Of a stretch of DNA of 64,000 nt, positions 7,275 through 16,332 are shown one piece after another (the stretch's first letter is position 1; every line of letters begins with the position of its first letter). Made by a program: the position numbers and the translations under genes. Below the pieces are notes generated by a model, which had not been told where the DNA came from, searched no databases, and saw only the letters and a program-made list of their open reading frames with translations. This DNA comes from a virus. The stretch covers positions 1-64,000 of IMG/VR virus record IMGVR_UViG_3300050026_000055; one strand, written 5' to 3'.

Positions 7275-7372
7275 AAGTTTCGGGTGTCGCACATACTGAC
7301 ATGGACAAGGATTCGGCATTGTGTTAAAAAGGCACCCGATTGTACAATATACCGCTTGAAAGGACTAAAGTA

Positions 7373-7834
7373 ATGACAAAGACGCGATTCAAGCATTGCG
7401 ACTATTTGCGTAACTTTATTATTCCTAATAGGTTACAAGAACGAATTAAATTGGCGCACCGTGCATTGGAGTACCACGATTTTGAGGCGATTGCGTTCCG
7501 TGGCATGTCAGGCGCGTTGGTTTCTATTCCACTTGCGCTGGAAATGAACAAGACATTGATTATGGTTCGCAAGCCAAAAGAGGATACTCACAGCAGCTAT
7601 CCAGTAGAGGGAGACACTCAGGCCAAGCGGTATGTCATTGTAGATGACTTTGTAGCATCCGGAGACACGGTAAAGGCAGTTAAAAAGGCAGTCTCAAAGT
7701 TCGCGCCGGATTCGGAATGTATTGGTGTATTAGAAGTAAACCACATTGAAACACATTTTTTTAAGAAGTATAAGTATGGCCGAGAGAATCTGTATCCGTT
7801 GTGGAACAAGCCTTACGTTGAAGAAGGAGAATAA
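7373..7834 (+). CDS. type I phosphoribosyltransferase-family protein
   Basis: PRPP loop YVIVDDFVASGDT; IMVRK; GMSGA. Confidence 0.85.
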   Translation: MTKTRFKHCDYLRNFIIPNRLQERIKLAHRALEYHDFEAIAFRGMSGALVSIPLALEMNKTLIMVRKPKEDTHSSYPVEGDTQAKRYVIVDDFVASGDTVKAVKKAVSKFAPDSECIGVLEVNHIETHFFKKYKYGRENLYPLWNKPYVEEGE

Positions 7835-8026
7835 TTGCTGAGTAATTACGAAAAAAATCAACCATCGGTAGTTTTTGTTCACGCAGGACAAAATGCATTT
7901 TTGATTGGCATAAGCCTTTCAAACAATCCTTATACTGATCCGGTAGCCAAAGAGCTATGGGACAAGGGGTTTAGGTCAGCGCGTCGGAAGTTTGACGCAA
8001 ACAAGCGGCCAGCAACACGGCGCTAG
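7835..8026 (+). CDS. Rmf/CrpP-fold small protein
   Basis: G-xx-A-xxx-G...NPY...W-xx-GF pattern as in ribosome modulation factor. Confidence 0.55.
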   Translation: MLSNYEKNQPSVVFVHAGQNAFLIGISLSNNPYTDPVAKELWDKGFRSARRKFDANKRPATRR

Positions 8027-8035
8027 GAGACTATC

Positions 8036-8197
8036 GTGGATTATACTGATCCAGTTTACAAGCGTATGGACCGTTGTATTAGGCATCTTGAAAAGCTGTT
8101 AGAGATTGCCAGCGACGAAATGAATACTGCTCACGCTACAAAGCGTGTAGATTTTCGTAAACAATGGGAGTTGATCGCACTGAAGGAAGCCAATTAG
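8036..8197 (+). CDS. small hypothetical protein (not in ORF track)
   Basis: AGGAG SD, GTG start. Confidence 0.5.
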   Translation: MDYTDPVYKRMDRCIRHLEKLLEIASDEMNTAHATKRVDFRKQWELIALKEAN

Positions 8198-8373
8198 TGA
8201 CAGAGAGCGAACAGTTAGACGCACTGTGGGTTGCTGCTGAAGAATTAGCTAGATCAATCGGACACCATACTGTTTGCAATTGTAAGGGATGCACCTGCGG
8301 AACTGCCGCAAAGCAGGCCGAAGCGTTGACCAAGTACGAGCGTTTAAAAGGAGAGCAAGTTAATGATCGGTGA
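8197..8373 (+). CDS. small Cys-containing hypothetical protein
   Basis: GTG coupled to the previous stop; CNCKGCTC. Confidence 0.5.
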   Translation: MTESEQLDALWVAAEELARSIGHHTVCNCKGCTCGTAAKQAEALTKYERLKGEQVNDR

Positions 8374-8525
8374 CATTGCATATTTACTTGGAGTTAAGTA
8401 TGGACGCAACGAGTCAGAAGGAAAAATTCTGGCACTTGAGTTTGAGTTAGAGATTTATAAAGAGACTGTTAAACTATTGGTAAAAAAGTATTTGGAACTA
8501 GCCTCTAGGAATTAAAAAGGAGAAA

Positions 8526-8999
8526 ATGAAAAAGATCAAACTAACCAAGGGCTATGTTGCACTGGTTGATGACGAAGATTACGAACGAGTAGTCAAAGCT
8601 GGCCCTTGGTTTGCTAATGCGCGCAAAGATGGTGTAGTATATGCTATACGCAATGTAAAAAGAAACGGCAAGCGCACGATGGAGTACATGCACCAATTTA
8701 TAACAGGAAAGCGCCATCAGGATCACCGAAACCGTAATAAATTGGATAATTGTAGGCTAAACTTCAGATCATGCAATCAATCACAAAATTCAGCTAATGC
8801 AAACAAACGCAAAACACTGTCATCCTCGCTATTTAAAGGGGTAAGTTGGGATAAAGTTAACAACAAATGGAAAGCGCAAATTATGCTAAACTATAAAAGC
8901 AAAAATTTGGGACGATATAAGACAGAGGCAGAAGCCGCCAACGCTTATAAAGCAGCAGCTAAGACGCTTTTTGGAGAATTTGCCAATGCAGGATGTTGA
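8526..8999 (+). CDS. HNH homing endonuclease with AP2 domain
   Basis: DHRNRNKLDNC; FKGVSW...KWKAQI...LGRYKTEAEAANAY. Confidence 0.9.
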   Translation: MKKIKLTKGYVALVDDEDYERVVKAGPWFANARKDGVVYAIRNVKRNGKRTMEYMHQFITGKRHQDHRNRNKLDNCRLNFRSCNQSQNSANANKRKTLSSSLFKGVSWDKVNNKWKAQIMLNYKSKNLGRYKTEAEAANAYKAAAKTLFGEFANAGC

Positions 9000-10149
9000 A
9001 AACCTTATAAATAGATTTGGAGGTTGGACGGAAAGTTACTGGTTTTATGATAACACAGTAGAGTTGAGATACGATCCAAAAGAGCATTTGTATTTTTTAA
9101 TTCAGGATGGTAAACTAACTCCTGTTTCTGGTGTTAGCACAATTACTCACATTGTGGACAAATCGAGCGCGCTGATCCCGTGGGGAGTTAAAATGAGTAT
9201 GGAGAAGCTACTTCGTCTCATTCCTATACTAACGCTTCCCACGGGAGAAAAGCACGTTGGTGCGCTAACACTTGACGAATTGAACAGGCTTATTGTTGAA
9301 GCTAAAACTGCGCCTAAAGACAAGCTGGAAGAGGCAGGAGACATCGGTTCTATTGCTCACGCTTGGCTTGAGACATATGCAAAATCGCAGATTGCCGGGA
9401 CAGATGAGTATAAATCTCTGGTATGGCCATTAGACGAGAAGGCGACGAGTTGCTGTAGGGCCGGATTGAAGTGGATTACGGCCCATAATGTTAGGTTTAC
9501 TTATGCTGAACGTAAGGTTTATTCATGCAAGCACAATTACGCCGGAACGCTAGATGCAATTGGGCTAGTAGACTCATGTTCTGATCCTTTGTGCTGTCCC
9601 GAACGGTTTGTAGATCGCCTGAGTCTCATTGATTGGAAGAGTAGTAACTACCTGTATATTGAGTACTTGTTTCAGACGGCGGGGTACGAACACGCAGTTG
9701 AAGAGGAACTAAAGTTAGATATTGTTGACAGATGGGTAAACAGACTCGGTAAATTAGACGGGGAATATGAACCTTGGCACATCGGACCAGAAGGCTTTAA
9801 AGAAGACTTTGACGGATTTTTAAACTGTCTAGCGCTTAGTCGTTCGGTACTCAAAGTAGAATCTCGGATGCGACAAGTGCGTGCTCACATTAAAGACGAG
9901 AAGAAGAAGGTGCGAGAGGCTGCGAAGGCGGCGAAGTTAGCTGCTGAGAAATTGGCTAAAGCTGAGACAAAGGCAATTAAGAAGGCAGCGAAAGAGGCAG
10001 CAAAGGCTGAGTTGAAACAGGCTAAATTGGAAGCAAAGTTAGCAAAAAAGAAAGGCAAAAATGCAGGAGCAGACACAGCAGCACCAACCCGGAATGAAAG
10101 CCAAGACGATAAAGGCAATCCTTCGCAAGAAGATCGACCAGTGGCTTGA
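8986..10149 (+). CDS. PD-(D/E)XK exonuclease with Lys/Ala-rich C-terminal tail
   Basis: GVSTI, GSIAH, E...YAGTLDA, LIDWKSS, QTAGY. Confidence 0.8.
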   Translation: MQDVENLINRFGGWTESYWFYDNTVELRYDPKEHLYFLIQDGKLTPVSGVSTITHIVDKSSALIPWGVKMSMEKLLRLIPILTLPTGEKHVGALTLDELNRLIVEAKTAPKDKLEEAGDIGSIAHAWLETYAKSQIAGTDEYKSLVWPLDEKATSCCRAGLKWITAHNVRFTYAERKVYSCKHNYAGTLDAIGLVDSCSDPLCCPERFVDRLSLIDWKSSNYLYIEYLFQTAGYEHAVEEELKLDIVDRWVNRLGKLDGEYEPWHIGPEGFKEDFDGFLNCLALSRSVLKVESRMRQVRAHIKDEKKKVREAAKAAKLAAEKLAKAETKAIKKAAKEAAKAELKQAKLEAKLAKKKGKNAGADTAAPTRNESQDDKGNPSQEDRPVA

Positions 10150-11038
10150 AACTATTGAGGATGTAAAACTGCGTCAACTCGCTTCAAAGAACATCATCGT
10201 CACTGGCGGCTGTATAGCCAGTATGCTGCTCGGTGAGCAGGTCAACGATTTTGATCTTTATTGTCGTGACCATGCAACGACTTTAGGATTAGCTAATTAT
10301 TATTTAGCACACTTCAAGCCGCGTATGTCCAAAGGAATCGCAGTTCCGTTAAAGGTTAAGGACGAAGATGGGCGTGTCAGCATTGTAGTAAAGTCTGCTG
10401 GCATCGTCTCAGAAAATGGTACTGAGAAGGCGTATGAGTATTTTGAAGGATCGCCGGATCAGGCGGCAGCGGCTTATGTTGGCGAAGTGATGAACGATCC
10501 CGGAGAAATTGAGGACACCTATCAGGAAGTTGAAAAGCTGTCTCAAAATGAGACAACTGATGAAGGCAAGCCTAAGTACCGTCCGGTATTCTTGACTACT
10601 AATGCCATTACACTAAGCGACAAGATTCAAATTATCATGCGGTTCTACGGTGAGCCGGATGAAATACACAAGAATTACGACTTTGTACACTGCACGAATT
10701 ATTGGTCAAGTTGGGACAGCCAGTTAGTACTCAGGCAGGAAGCATTGGAGGCATTGCTTTCTAAAGAACTTAGGTACATCGGCAGCAAGTACCCGATTTG
10801 CTCGGTTGTCCGGTTGCGTAAGTTTATTGCTCGCGGCTGGCAGGTAAACGCAGGCCAGATTCTCAAGATGGCAATGCAGATTAGTGCGCTGGATTTGAAC
10901 GATCTGGAAGTGTTGCGGGATCAGTTAACAGGAGTTGACACGGCGTATTTTATGCAGTTGATCGACAGGCTGAAAGAGAAAGACCCGGTTCGTGTTGAGT
11001 CGGTCTATCTCGTTGAAATCATAGACAGGATGTTCTAA
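10061..11038 (+). CDS. Pol-beta-superfamily nucleotidyltransferase, possibly Gad2-like (start may be 10094)
   Basis: TGGCIAS...VNDFDLY signature; NAITL; YDFVHC. Confidence 0.7.
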   Translation: MQEQTQQHQPGMKAKTIKAILRKKIDQWLETIEDVKLRQLASKNIIVTGGCIASMLLGEQVNDFDLYCRDHATTLGLANYYLAHFKPRMSKGIAVPLKVKDEDGRVSIVVKSAGIVSENGTEKAYEYFEGSPDQAAAAYVGEVMNDPGEIEDTYQEVEKLSQNETTDEGKPKYRPVFLTTNAITLSDKIQIIMRFYGEPDEIHKNYDFVHCTNYWSSWDSQLVLRQEALEALLSKELRYIGSKYPICSVVRLRKFIARGWQVNAGQILKMAMQISALDLNDLEVLRDQLTGVDTAYFMQLIDRLKEKDPVRVESVYLVEIIDRMF

Positions 11039-11226
11039 TGACAAACGAACAAAAAGCAAAGATAGACGCAATGTCTCAGTATCAATTGTGTGAGCTGTGG
11101 CGATTTGCTAAGTGTCCAAATCCGCTGCTGCAAGGCGACACAGGCGATTATTTTGCAGAACGGCTTAAACAAATGGGCGGATTTACACCTGAAATAAGCA
11201 GGGATTTGGGATGGGGAAAGCGATGA
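11038..11226 (+). CDS. small hypothetical protein
   Basis: TAATG coupling. Confidence 0.65.
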   Translation: MTNEQKAKIDAMSQYQLCELWRFAKCPNPLLQGDTGDYFAERLKQMGGFTPEISRDLGWGKR

Positions 11227-11483
11227 CAAAAGCAATTTGGAAGTATACATTAGAACGTGATACACAAAGCATAGCGGCACCGATAGGTGCCAAGTGGCTC
11301 TGCGCTCACGAACAAGGCAATGACGTTTGTGTGTGGGCAGAAGTTGATACAGCCGAAAAGGAACTAATACTTTACTGTTTTGAAGAATACTGTACCGGTG
11401 AGCCATTCAGAGTAAATGGCAAATATCTCGGTACTTGCTTCTTTAATAATGGCTCTTGTGTGCTACATGTTTACCTAAAATAG
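11223..11483 (+). CDS. small phage hypothetical protein
   Basis: AIWKYTL...VWAEVD...YLGT...LHVY; ATGA overlap. Confidence 0.7.
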   Translation: MTKAIWKYTLERDTQSIAAPIGAKWLCAHEQGNDVCVWAEVDTAEKELILYCFEEYCTGEPFRVNGKYLGTCFFNNGSCVLHVYLK

Positions 11484-11486
11484 TCC

Positions 11487-11515
11487 TTGACAAAATCGTT
11501 CTGAGCGTGTATACT
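11487..11515 (+). promoter_or_regulatory. sigma70-type promoter
   Basis: TTGACA-17-TATACT. Confidence 0.85.
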
Positions 11516-11537
11516 TGTTTTAAATGGAGAGAAATTA

Positions 11538-11699
11538 ATGGCAAAGATTTGTAAAAATCCACAGTGCGACAGCCATAAGTTCGGCTGGACGTTCACCGTC
11601 AGTACAGCAGAAGATGAGAATAGTTATTGCAGTTCGACGTGTGAGAATCAGGCGTTGGGCAAAGAAATCGCAACAGACAAACGAAAGAGGGGGCAATGA
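11538..11699 (+). CDS. small Cys-rich protein (not in ORF track)
   Basis: GGAG SD; CKNPQC...YCSSTC. Confidence 0.55.
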   Translation: MAKICKNPQCDSHKFGWTFTVSTAEDENSYCSSTCENQALGKEIATDKRKRGQ

Positions 11700-12232
11700 G
11701 TAGGCCCAAAGTTTATGATTTAGTTGGTAAGACTTTTGAGCGTTTGCTGGTACTAAATAGAGAAGGGTCAGACAGCCAGCACCGTTCATTGTGGAAGTGT
11801 AGATGTATTTGTGGCAAAGAGTTAATAATCATTGGCAGTAGTTTGGTTGGTGGTAAAACCAGAAGTTGTGGCTGTATTAAGATAAAATCAGATGCAGCCA
11901 GAAACCAAGTTGTAAGAGGTTATATCAAAGGGGCTAAAACACGCGGTTTACTTTATGAACTATCTCTAAATGACTTTGTGGCTATAACTCAAAAAAATTG
12001 CCACTATTGTGGACAAAAACCGATCAATGTTTATACCGCGCGCGGTGGTTCCATATATACATACAATGGCATTGATCGTCTTGATAATACGAGGGGTTAT
12101 GTATCAGGCAATTGTATGCCGTGCTGTGCTGTATGTAATTATATGAAAACTAATTTTACGGTTGACAAGTTTTTAACGAAGATAAAAGAAATATATCTTC
12201 ATAGCTTTAACAACGAAAGGAAGGAAAATTGA
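11696..12232 (+). CDS. HNH homing endonuclease
   Basis: DLVGKTFERL...WKCRCICG...SCGC; CHYCG; GIDRLDN...GNCMPCC. Confidence 0.85.
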   Translation: MSRPKVYDLVGKTFERLLVLNREGSDSQHRSLWKCRCICGKELIIIGSSLVGGKTRSCGCIKIKSDAARNQVVRGYIKGAKTRGLLYELSLNDFVAITQKNCHYCGQKPINVYTARGGSIYTYNGIDRLDNTRGYVSGNCMPCCAVCNYMKTNFTVDKFLTKIKEIYLHSFNNERKEN

Positions 12233-13053
12233 GCGAAGCATTAGCTGTAGTCACACCTGAAGCATTACAAAGAGGTGGTCAAGGAATTGATTTTGGATCG
12301 AAATTGTTCCAATTGCGCCCAGCCACCGTGTCAATTAATCAACCGCTAACGCAAGCAGAAAACGCCATCAAAGGCAAATTGCGGATCGCAGAAACGGGGC
12401 AGCAGTTTGACGAAATGAAGGTCGCACTTCTGGCAATGCCGCAAGAGGCGCGTTCGTATAACATCGGAGAAATACCTTCAGCAGACACATTGATGTGTTT
12501 TTCTCGCGACATGGAAAAGCCGGATGCAAAGGCTCGCGTTCCGCAAGCGTTGCGATGTAACGGCTGTCCGAAGGCGGATTGGTCTAAGTGGCGCGAAACT
12601 AAAAACATCAAAGATTTGCCGCCGTGCGGTGCGTATTATTATTGTATTCTTGTTGATACAGTTTACAAGATGCCGTTGCAAATGTACATCCGTGGCGGTA
12701 GTCGTAGTCCGTTTGAAACGGGTATGCAGAATCTTGCTAGGACGTTCGCTATGCTGAAGTCACAAAACAAAAGCCCAAATATTTACGACATTTCTTTTAC
12801 CCTTGCCGCTGAGAAGGCAAAGAAGGGCGTCAACTATGTAGTTAAGCTTTCGGATTTTAAAGCAATTGCTGAGTCTGAGCAGGAAGCGTTTGGTGATTTG
12901 TATCTTCAGTATGTCAATCGTGGACGGAAAACTGAGGAACAGTTAGCTGAAGAGGAAGCAGCTTCGCAGGAAGCGGCCGTCGATGCGGCGATGGTACAGC
13001 CGGGAAGTCCTAGCGCACCAGCCGGTGTTCAGGAAGAGGAGATTACAATCTAA
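12229..13053 (+). CDS. putative ssDNA-binding or annealing protein
   Basis: C-x-S-x-D...PQ...CxxCP motif; acidic C-terminal tail; replication context. Confidence 0.55.
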   Translation: MSEALAVVTPEALQRGGQGIDFGSKLFQLRPATVSINQPLTQAENAIKGKLRIAETGQQFDEMKVALLAMPQEARSYNIGEIPSADTLMCFSRDMEKPDAKARVPQALRCNGCPKADWSKWRETKNIKDLPPCGAYYYCILVDTVYKMPLQMYIRGGSRSPFETGMQNLARTFAMLKSQNKSPNIYDISFTLAAEKAKKGVNYVVKLSDFKAIAESEQEAFGDLYLQYVNRGRKTEEQLAEEEAASQEAAVDAAMVQPGSPSAPAGVQEEEITI

Positions 13054-13188
13054 TGAAAACACCGACATCGCCATTCTGTTATTTGTGTATATGATACACC
13101 ATGCTGGTCAAAATCCTAGTTACGAAGATATGGGTTATGACATGAATGATCGCAGCGCGTTAGTTATGTTGGAAAGCTGCAACGAGTA

Positions 13189-13377
13189 TTGGAAAGGACA
13201 ACCGTGAGGCAAGCGACGAGGTTTGATTGGCTATCACTAAAGACACGAAAGCAAGCTGTACCAAACAAAAACAAACCGGGATTGAAACAGGAACATACAC
13301 AAGCAATACTTGAGGATGAAAGCAGGAACTTGTTACAGCTTATCGAACAAGAAAAGTACTTGAACAAGGAAGGATAA
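13189..13377 (+). CDS. hypothetical protein
   Basis: ORF track, packing; start uncertain. Confidence 0.45.
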   Translation: MERTTVRQATRFDWLSLKTRKQAVPNKNKPGLKQEHTQAILEDESRNLLQLIEQEKYLNKEG

Positions 13378-13378
13378 A

Positions 13379-13552
13379 ATGCCTATTGCGGACGTAATCG
13401 AAGCAACAGTTGATTTAGCCTACTCTAATCTAACCGAGCGCTGGTATGCCTCTTTGCTTGACATTGAGGGCGAAGTAATTGTGTATGCTACAGGCCGCAC
13501 TAGAGCAGATGCGCTGCGTAATCTGGCCGATGCGATGGAGGATTATGAATAA
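13379..13552 (+). CDS. HicB-like N-terminal domain protein (not in ORF track)
   Basis: AAGGA SD; WYASLLDIEG...ATGRTRADALRNLADAMEDY. Confidence 0.55.
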   Translation: MPIADVIEATVDLAYSNLTERWYASLLDIEGEVIVYATGRTRADALRNLADAMEDYE

Positions 13553-14240
13553 TGAACTAACCGCACCAACGGCTATCTACGGGCAACAGGAAGCCGGTAG
13601 GAGCAGTGAGGTAAGGAAGAAGTTAGAAAAGCTAATAGGCGGTCTGAATAAGTCCACAATGGACATTGCCGTACTATTATCAGAGACAAAGAAACAAGGT
13701 TATTTCAAGCAATGGGGATTTGATACCTTCAAAGATTACGTTCAAAACATAGATTTGAAACTGCGTAAAGCGCACTATTTGACGCGCATCGTAGATATAA
13801 TGGAGATAGTAGGAATTCAGCGTGAAGTTTATGAGCCGCTAGGTATTGCTAAGTTACGCGAAATTTCTAGCCTTGATCCCGGCGCTATCTATGTTGATCC
13901 TGAGAGTAATGTTCAGACTCCAATGAAGGATTTTATTACAGGGCTGATAGAAAAAGGCTCAGACATGTCTCTTGAAGAAATTAAGCAGCATGTAAAAACG
14001 CTGAAGGGACTGACGGGCGAGAACGACTTGATGTTTATCAATTTCTCCGTCAAACGCTCTGTTTGGGAAGAAACCATAAAGCCTGCGCTGGAACTGGCTA
14101 AAGCAAACATTGGTAGCGTTGGTAAGGATGAAGAAGGTAACGCTACGGATGCAAGCGACGGACGAGCATTGGAAATGATTGCCGTAGAGTTTTTGAACAA
14201 TCCGACCAATCAACCGTTTCCTGAGGAGATAAGAGAGTAA
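13545..14240 (+). CDS. hypothetical protein, possible DNA-binding helical domain
   Basis: GGAGG SD; YFKQWGFDTFKDY...LRKAHYL. Confidence 0.7.
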   Translation: MNNELTAPTAIYGQQEAGRSSEVRKKLEKLIGGLNKSTMDIAVLLSETKKQGYFKQWGFDTFKDYVQNIDLKLRKAHYLTRIVDIMEIVGIQREVYEPLGIAKLREISSLDPGAIYVDPESNVQTPMKDFITGLIEKGSDMSLEEIKQHVKTLKGLTGENDLMFINFSVKRSVWEETIKPALELAKANIGSVGKDEEGNATDASDGRALEMIAVEFLNNPTNQPFPEEIRE

Positions 14241-14241
14241 T

Positions 14242-14517
14242 ATGGAAGCACGAAAGTTTGTAATTTATGACGGTCCAAGTGTAACTGATCCGTCTTGGCA
14301 AGTAGTCGCAGCCGAGCTATTCCAAGGTGGAGGCCATACCTTATTTGCGGATTTCAGTGTCATTAAAACTGCAATCCAAGAGGTTGAAATTAGGCAGGCC
14401 GAAATTGCGGGGGCACAGACGAAAATGGAGCACGTTCTGAAGATGCTACACTTGGATTCGTATGCTGATTTCCTACAACTGGCTAAAGATCGAGGATGGA
14501 AAGGAAAAATATGTTGA
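14242..14517 (+). CDS. hypothetical protein
   Basis: ORF packing. Confidence 0.65.
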   Translation: MEARKFVIYDGPSVTDPSWQVVAAELFQGGGHTLFADFSVIKTAIQEVEIRQAEIAGAQTKMEHVLKMLHLDSYADFLQLAKDRGWKGKIC

Positions 14518-14813
14518 CAACTATTTTTGCCACTATGATGATTGTGTTTCTTATCTTTGATATATTCCAGATCGCAGAGATACACAGCAAAAACAAATTG
14601 TTGAACGAGTGTGCTGACCGTCTCAATGAAAGCAGGATATTAGAGACTAAACTGGTGGTTAAAAACACTTATCTGCTTAACACTATCACCAGTTTGCGGT
14701 GGGTGTTGACTTCAATTGGAGATTGTAATAATGGTGATCCAGTGTTTGAGATTTGGGCAAAGCAACTAGCCAAGGACTCACTGGAGCGCAGTAAGAAGGC
14801 TTATGACAACTGA
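14511..14813 (+). CDS. membrane-anchored hypothetical protein
   Basis: AAGGA SD; N-terminal hydrophobic helix. Confidence 0.6.
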   Translation: MLTTIFATMMIVFLIFDIFQIAEIHSKNKLLNECADRLNESRILETKLVVKNTYLLNTITSLRWVLTSIGDCNNGDPVFEIWAKQLAKDSLERSKKAYDN

Positions 14814-14947
14814 AGAATATATGGAAAAGAAAGCGTTGCAGGAAGAGGCTGAGTTGGTGAGAGAAACTGTTCGTTCTCTTTTGAAGTCTAATGATCTAGA
14901 CGAAATTAGGTGTACACTCAGGCAGTTGCTTGGAGAGGAAGCATAAT

Positions 14948-15322
14948 ATGCAGGGTTGGTACGCATTCGATTTAGATGGAACGCTGGCGGAATACCACGG
15001 ATGGGCCGGTGCAACCAGTATCGGAGCACCGGTGCCTAAAATGATCGAACGAGTCAAGCAAATGTTAGCCGATAGAAAATATGTTAAGATTTTTACTGCT
15101 AGAGTATGGCCTATCGGAACGCTAGAAGCGCAGCGGCCTGAGAATACTACGAGACTAAATGAAGCAGTGGCGGCGTTTATGGCAATTCAGTCATGGTGTG
15201 AAATACATATCGGAAAAGCGTTGCCAATTACATGCATCAAGGACTATAGCTTAATAACTCTTTATGATGACCGTTGTATCCAAGTTGAACAGAATACAGG
15301 GCGATTAATTTGTTATGAGTAA
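14948..15322 (+). CDS. HAD-superfamily phosphatase
   Basis: AFDLDGTL, IFTAR, K, LYDDR. Confidence 0.85.
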   Translation: MQGWYAFDLDGTLAEYHGWAGATSIGAPVPKMIERVKQMLADRKYVKIFTARVWPIGTLEAQRPENTTRLNEAVAAFMAIQSWCEIHIGKALPITCIKDYSLITLYDDRCIQVEQNTGRLICYE

Positions 15323-15836
15323 AAATATAAGAACAATTGTCCATTGTTTTACATGTGACAAAGAGCTGATGCGTTCGCCTTCTCGAATACACAATCGCAT
15401 GTTTTGTAGCCGTAAATGTAGGCTCGGTGTAGGCGCTGTTTCACGGCCTTTTGCTACATGTCATCCTGATAGTCCACACTTAGCAAAAGGTTGGTGTAAA
15501 CAGTGTTATGATACAAACTATGAATCTATACACAGAGATTACAGAAACCGTAACCACAGGGTATATCGACAGAAACACCCAGATAGCGTTAGAAATTCTC
15601 AATTAAAGTATATGTACGGAATAACTAAAGAAGAATTTGACGCTAAGGTAACAAAACAAAGTAATCTTTGTGCAGCGTGCAAAACAGCTTTACCGACAGA
15701 TTTAGATCACAACCACTCTACCGGACAAAATCGTGGAGTACTGTGCGGCGACTGCAACCGGGGTTTAGGCTTGTTTAAGGATTCGCCAGAGAGGTTACGA
15801 AATGCTGCCGACTATTTAGTAGAGTGGCAACAATGA
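15315..15836 (+). CDS. endonuclease VII-type HNH endonuclease
   Basis: YGIT...CAAC...DHNHSTGQNRGVLCGDCNRGLG. Confidence 0.88.
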   Translation: MSKNIRTIVHCFTCDKELMRSPSRIHNRMFCSRKCRLGVGAVSRPFATCHPDSPHLAKGWCKQCYDTNYESIHRDYRNRNHRVYRQKHPDSVRNSQLKYMYGITKEEFDAKVTKQSNLCAACKTALPTDLDHNHSTGQNRGVLCGDCNRGLGLFKDSPERLRNAADYLVEWQQ

Positions 15837-16096
15837 TTGACCATAAATTATCGGTAGCGGTCTACACCAGAGACAATTGGAAATGCCGCCATTGTAACAG
15901 CCGCGCAGGGCTGCATCCGCACCATTTGGTGTACAAATCTAAGGGTGGTGAGGATGTTATTAACAATCTCATCACTCTTTGTTTTGTTTGCCATGAGGCA
16001 GTGCATAATCGAAAATTGTTGATTATTTTACTTGACAAAGTAGGCTCTGAGGGTGTAGTATCATTCAAGCGTCAAGGAAACTGGAAACCAAGATGA
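15833..16096 (+). CDS. small HNH endonuclease
   Basis: RDNWKCRHC...HHL...GG...NLITLCFVCH. Confidence 0.85.
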   Translation: MIDHKLSVAVYTRDNWKCRHCNSRAGLHPHHLVYKSKGGEDVINNLITLCFVCHEAVHNRKLLIILLDKVGSEGVVSFKRQGNWKPR

Positions 16097-16332
16097 AAAC
16101 TGACAAACAAATAGCCGAGTTGTTAGACGAAAAATTCAAAATTGGTGATGCGTTTCTGCGTATACAGTTGGTATTTTTAGTAAAATGGTTCTATGAATTA
16201 GGCCGTCAAGAGGGCGCTAAATTGCGAAATACTCTCAATTTGGTCTATCATTCCAACGATGAAGGATTAAATTATTGTTACGTTCATCCAAAAATAGTTG
16301 AAATGGCAGAGAAGGCACTAAAAGATGAATAA
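16093..16332 (+). CDS. hypothetical protein
   Basis: ATGA coupling. Confidence 0.6.
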   Translation: MKTDKQIAELLDEKFKIGDAFLRIQLVFLVKWFYELGRQEGAKLRNTLNLVYHSNDEGLNYCYVHPKIVEMAEKALKDE

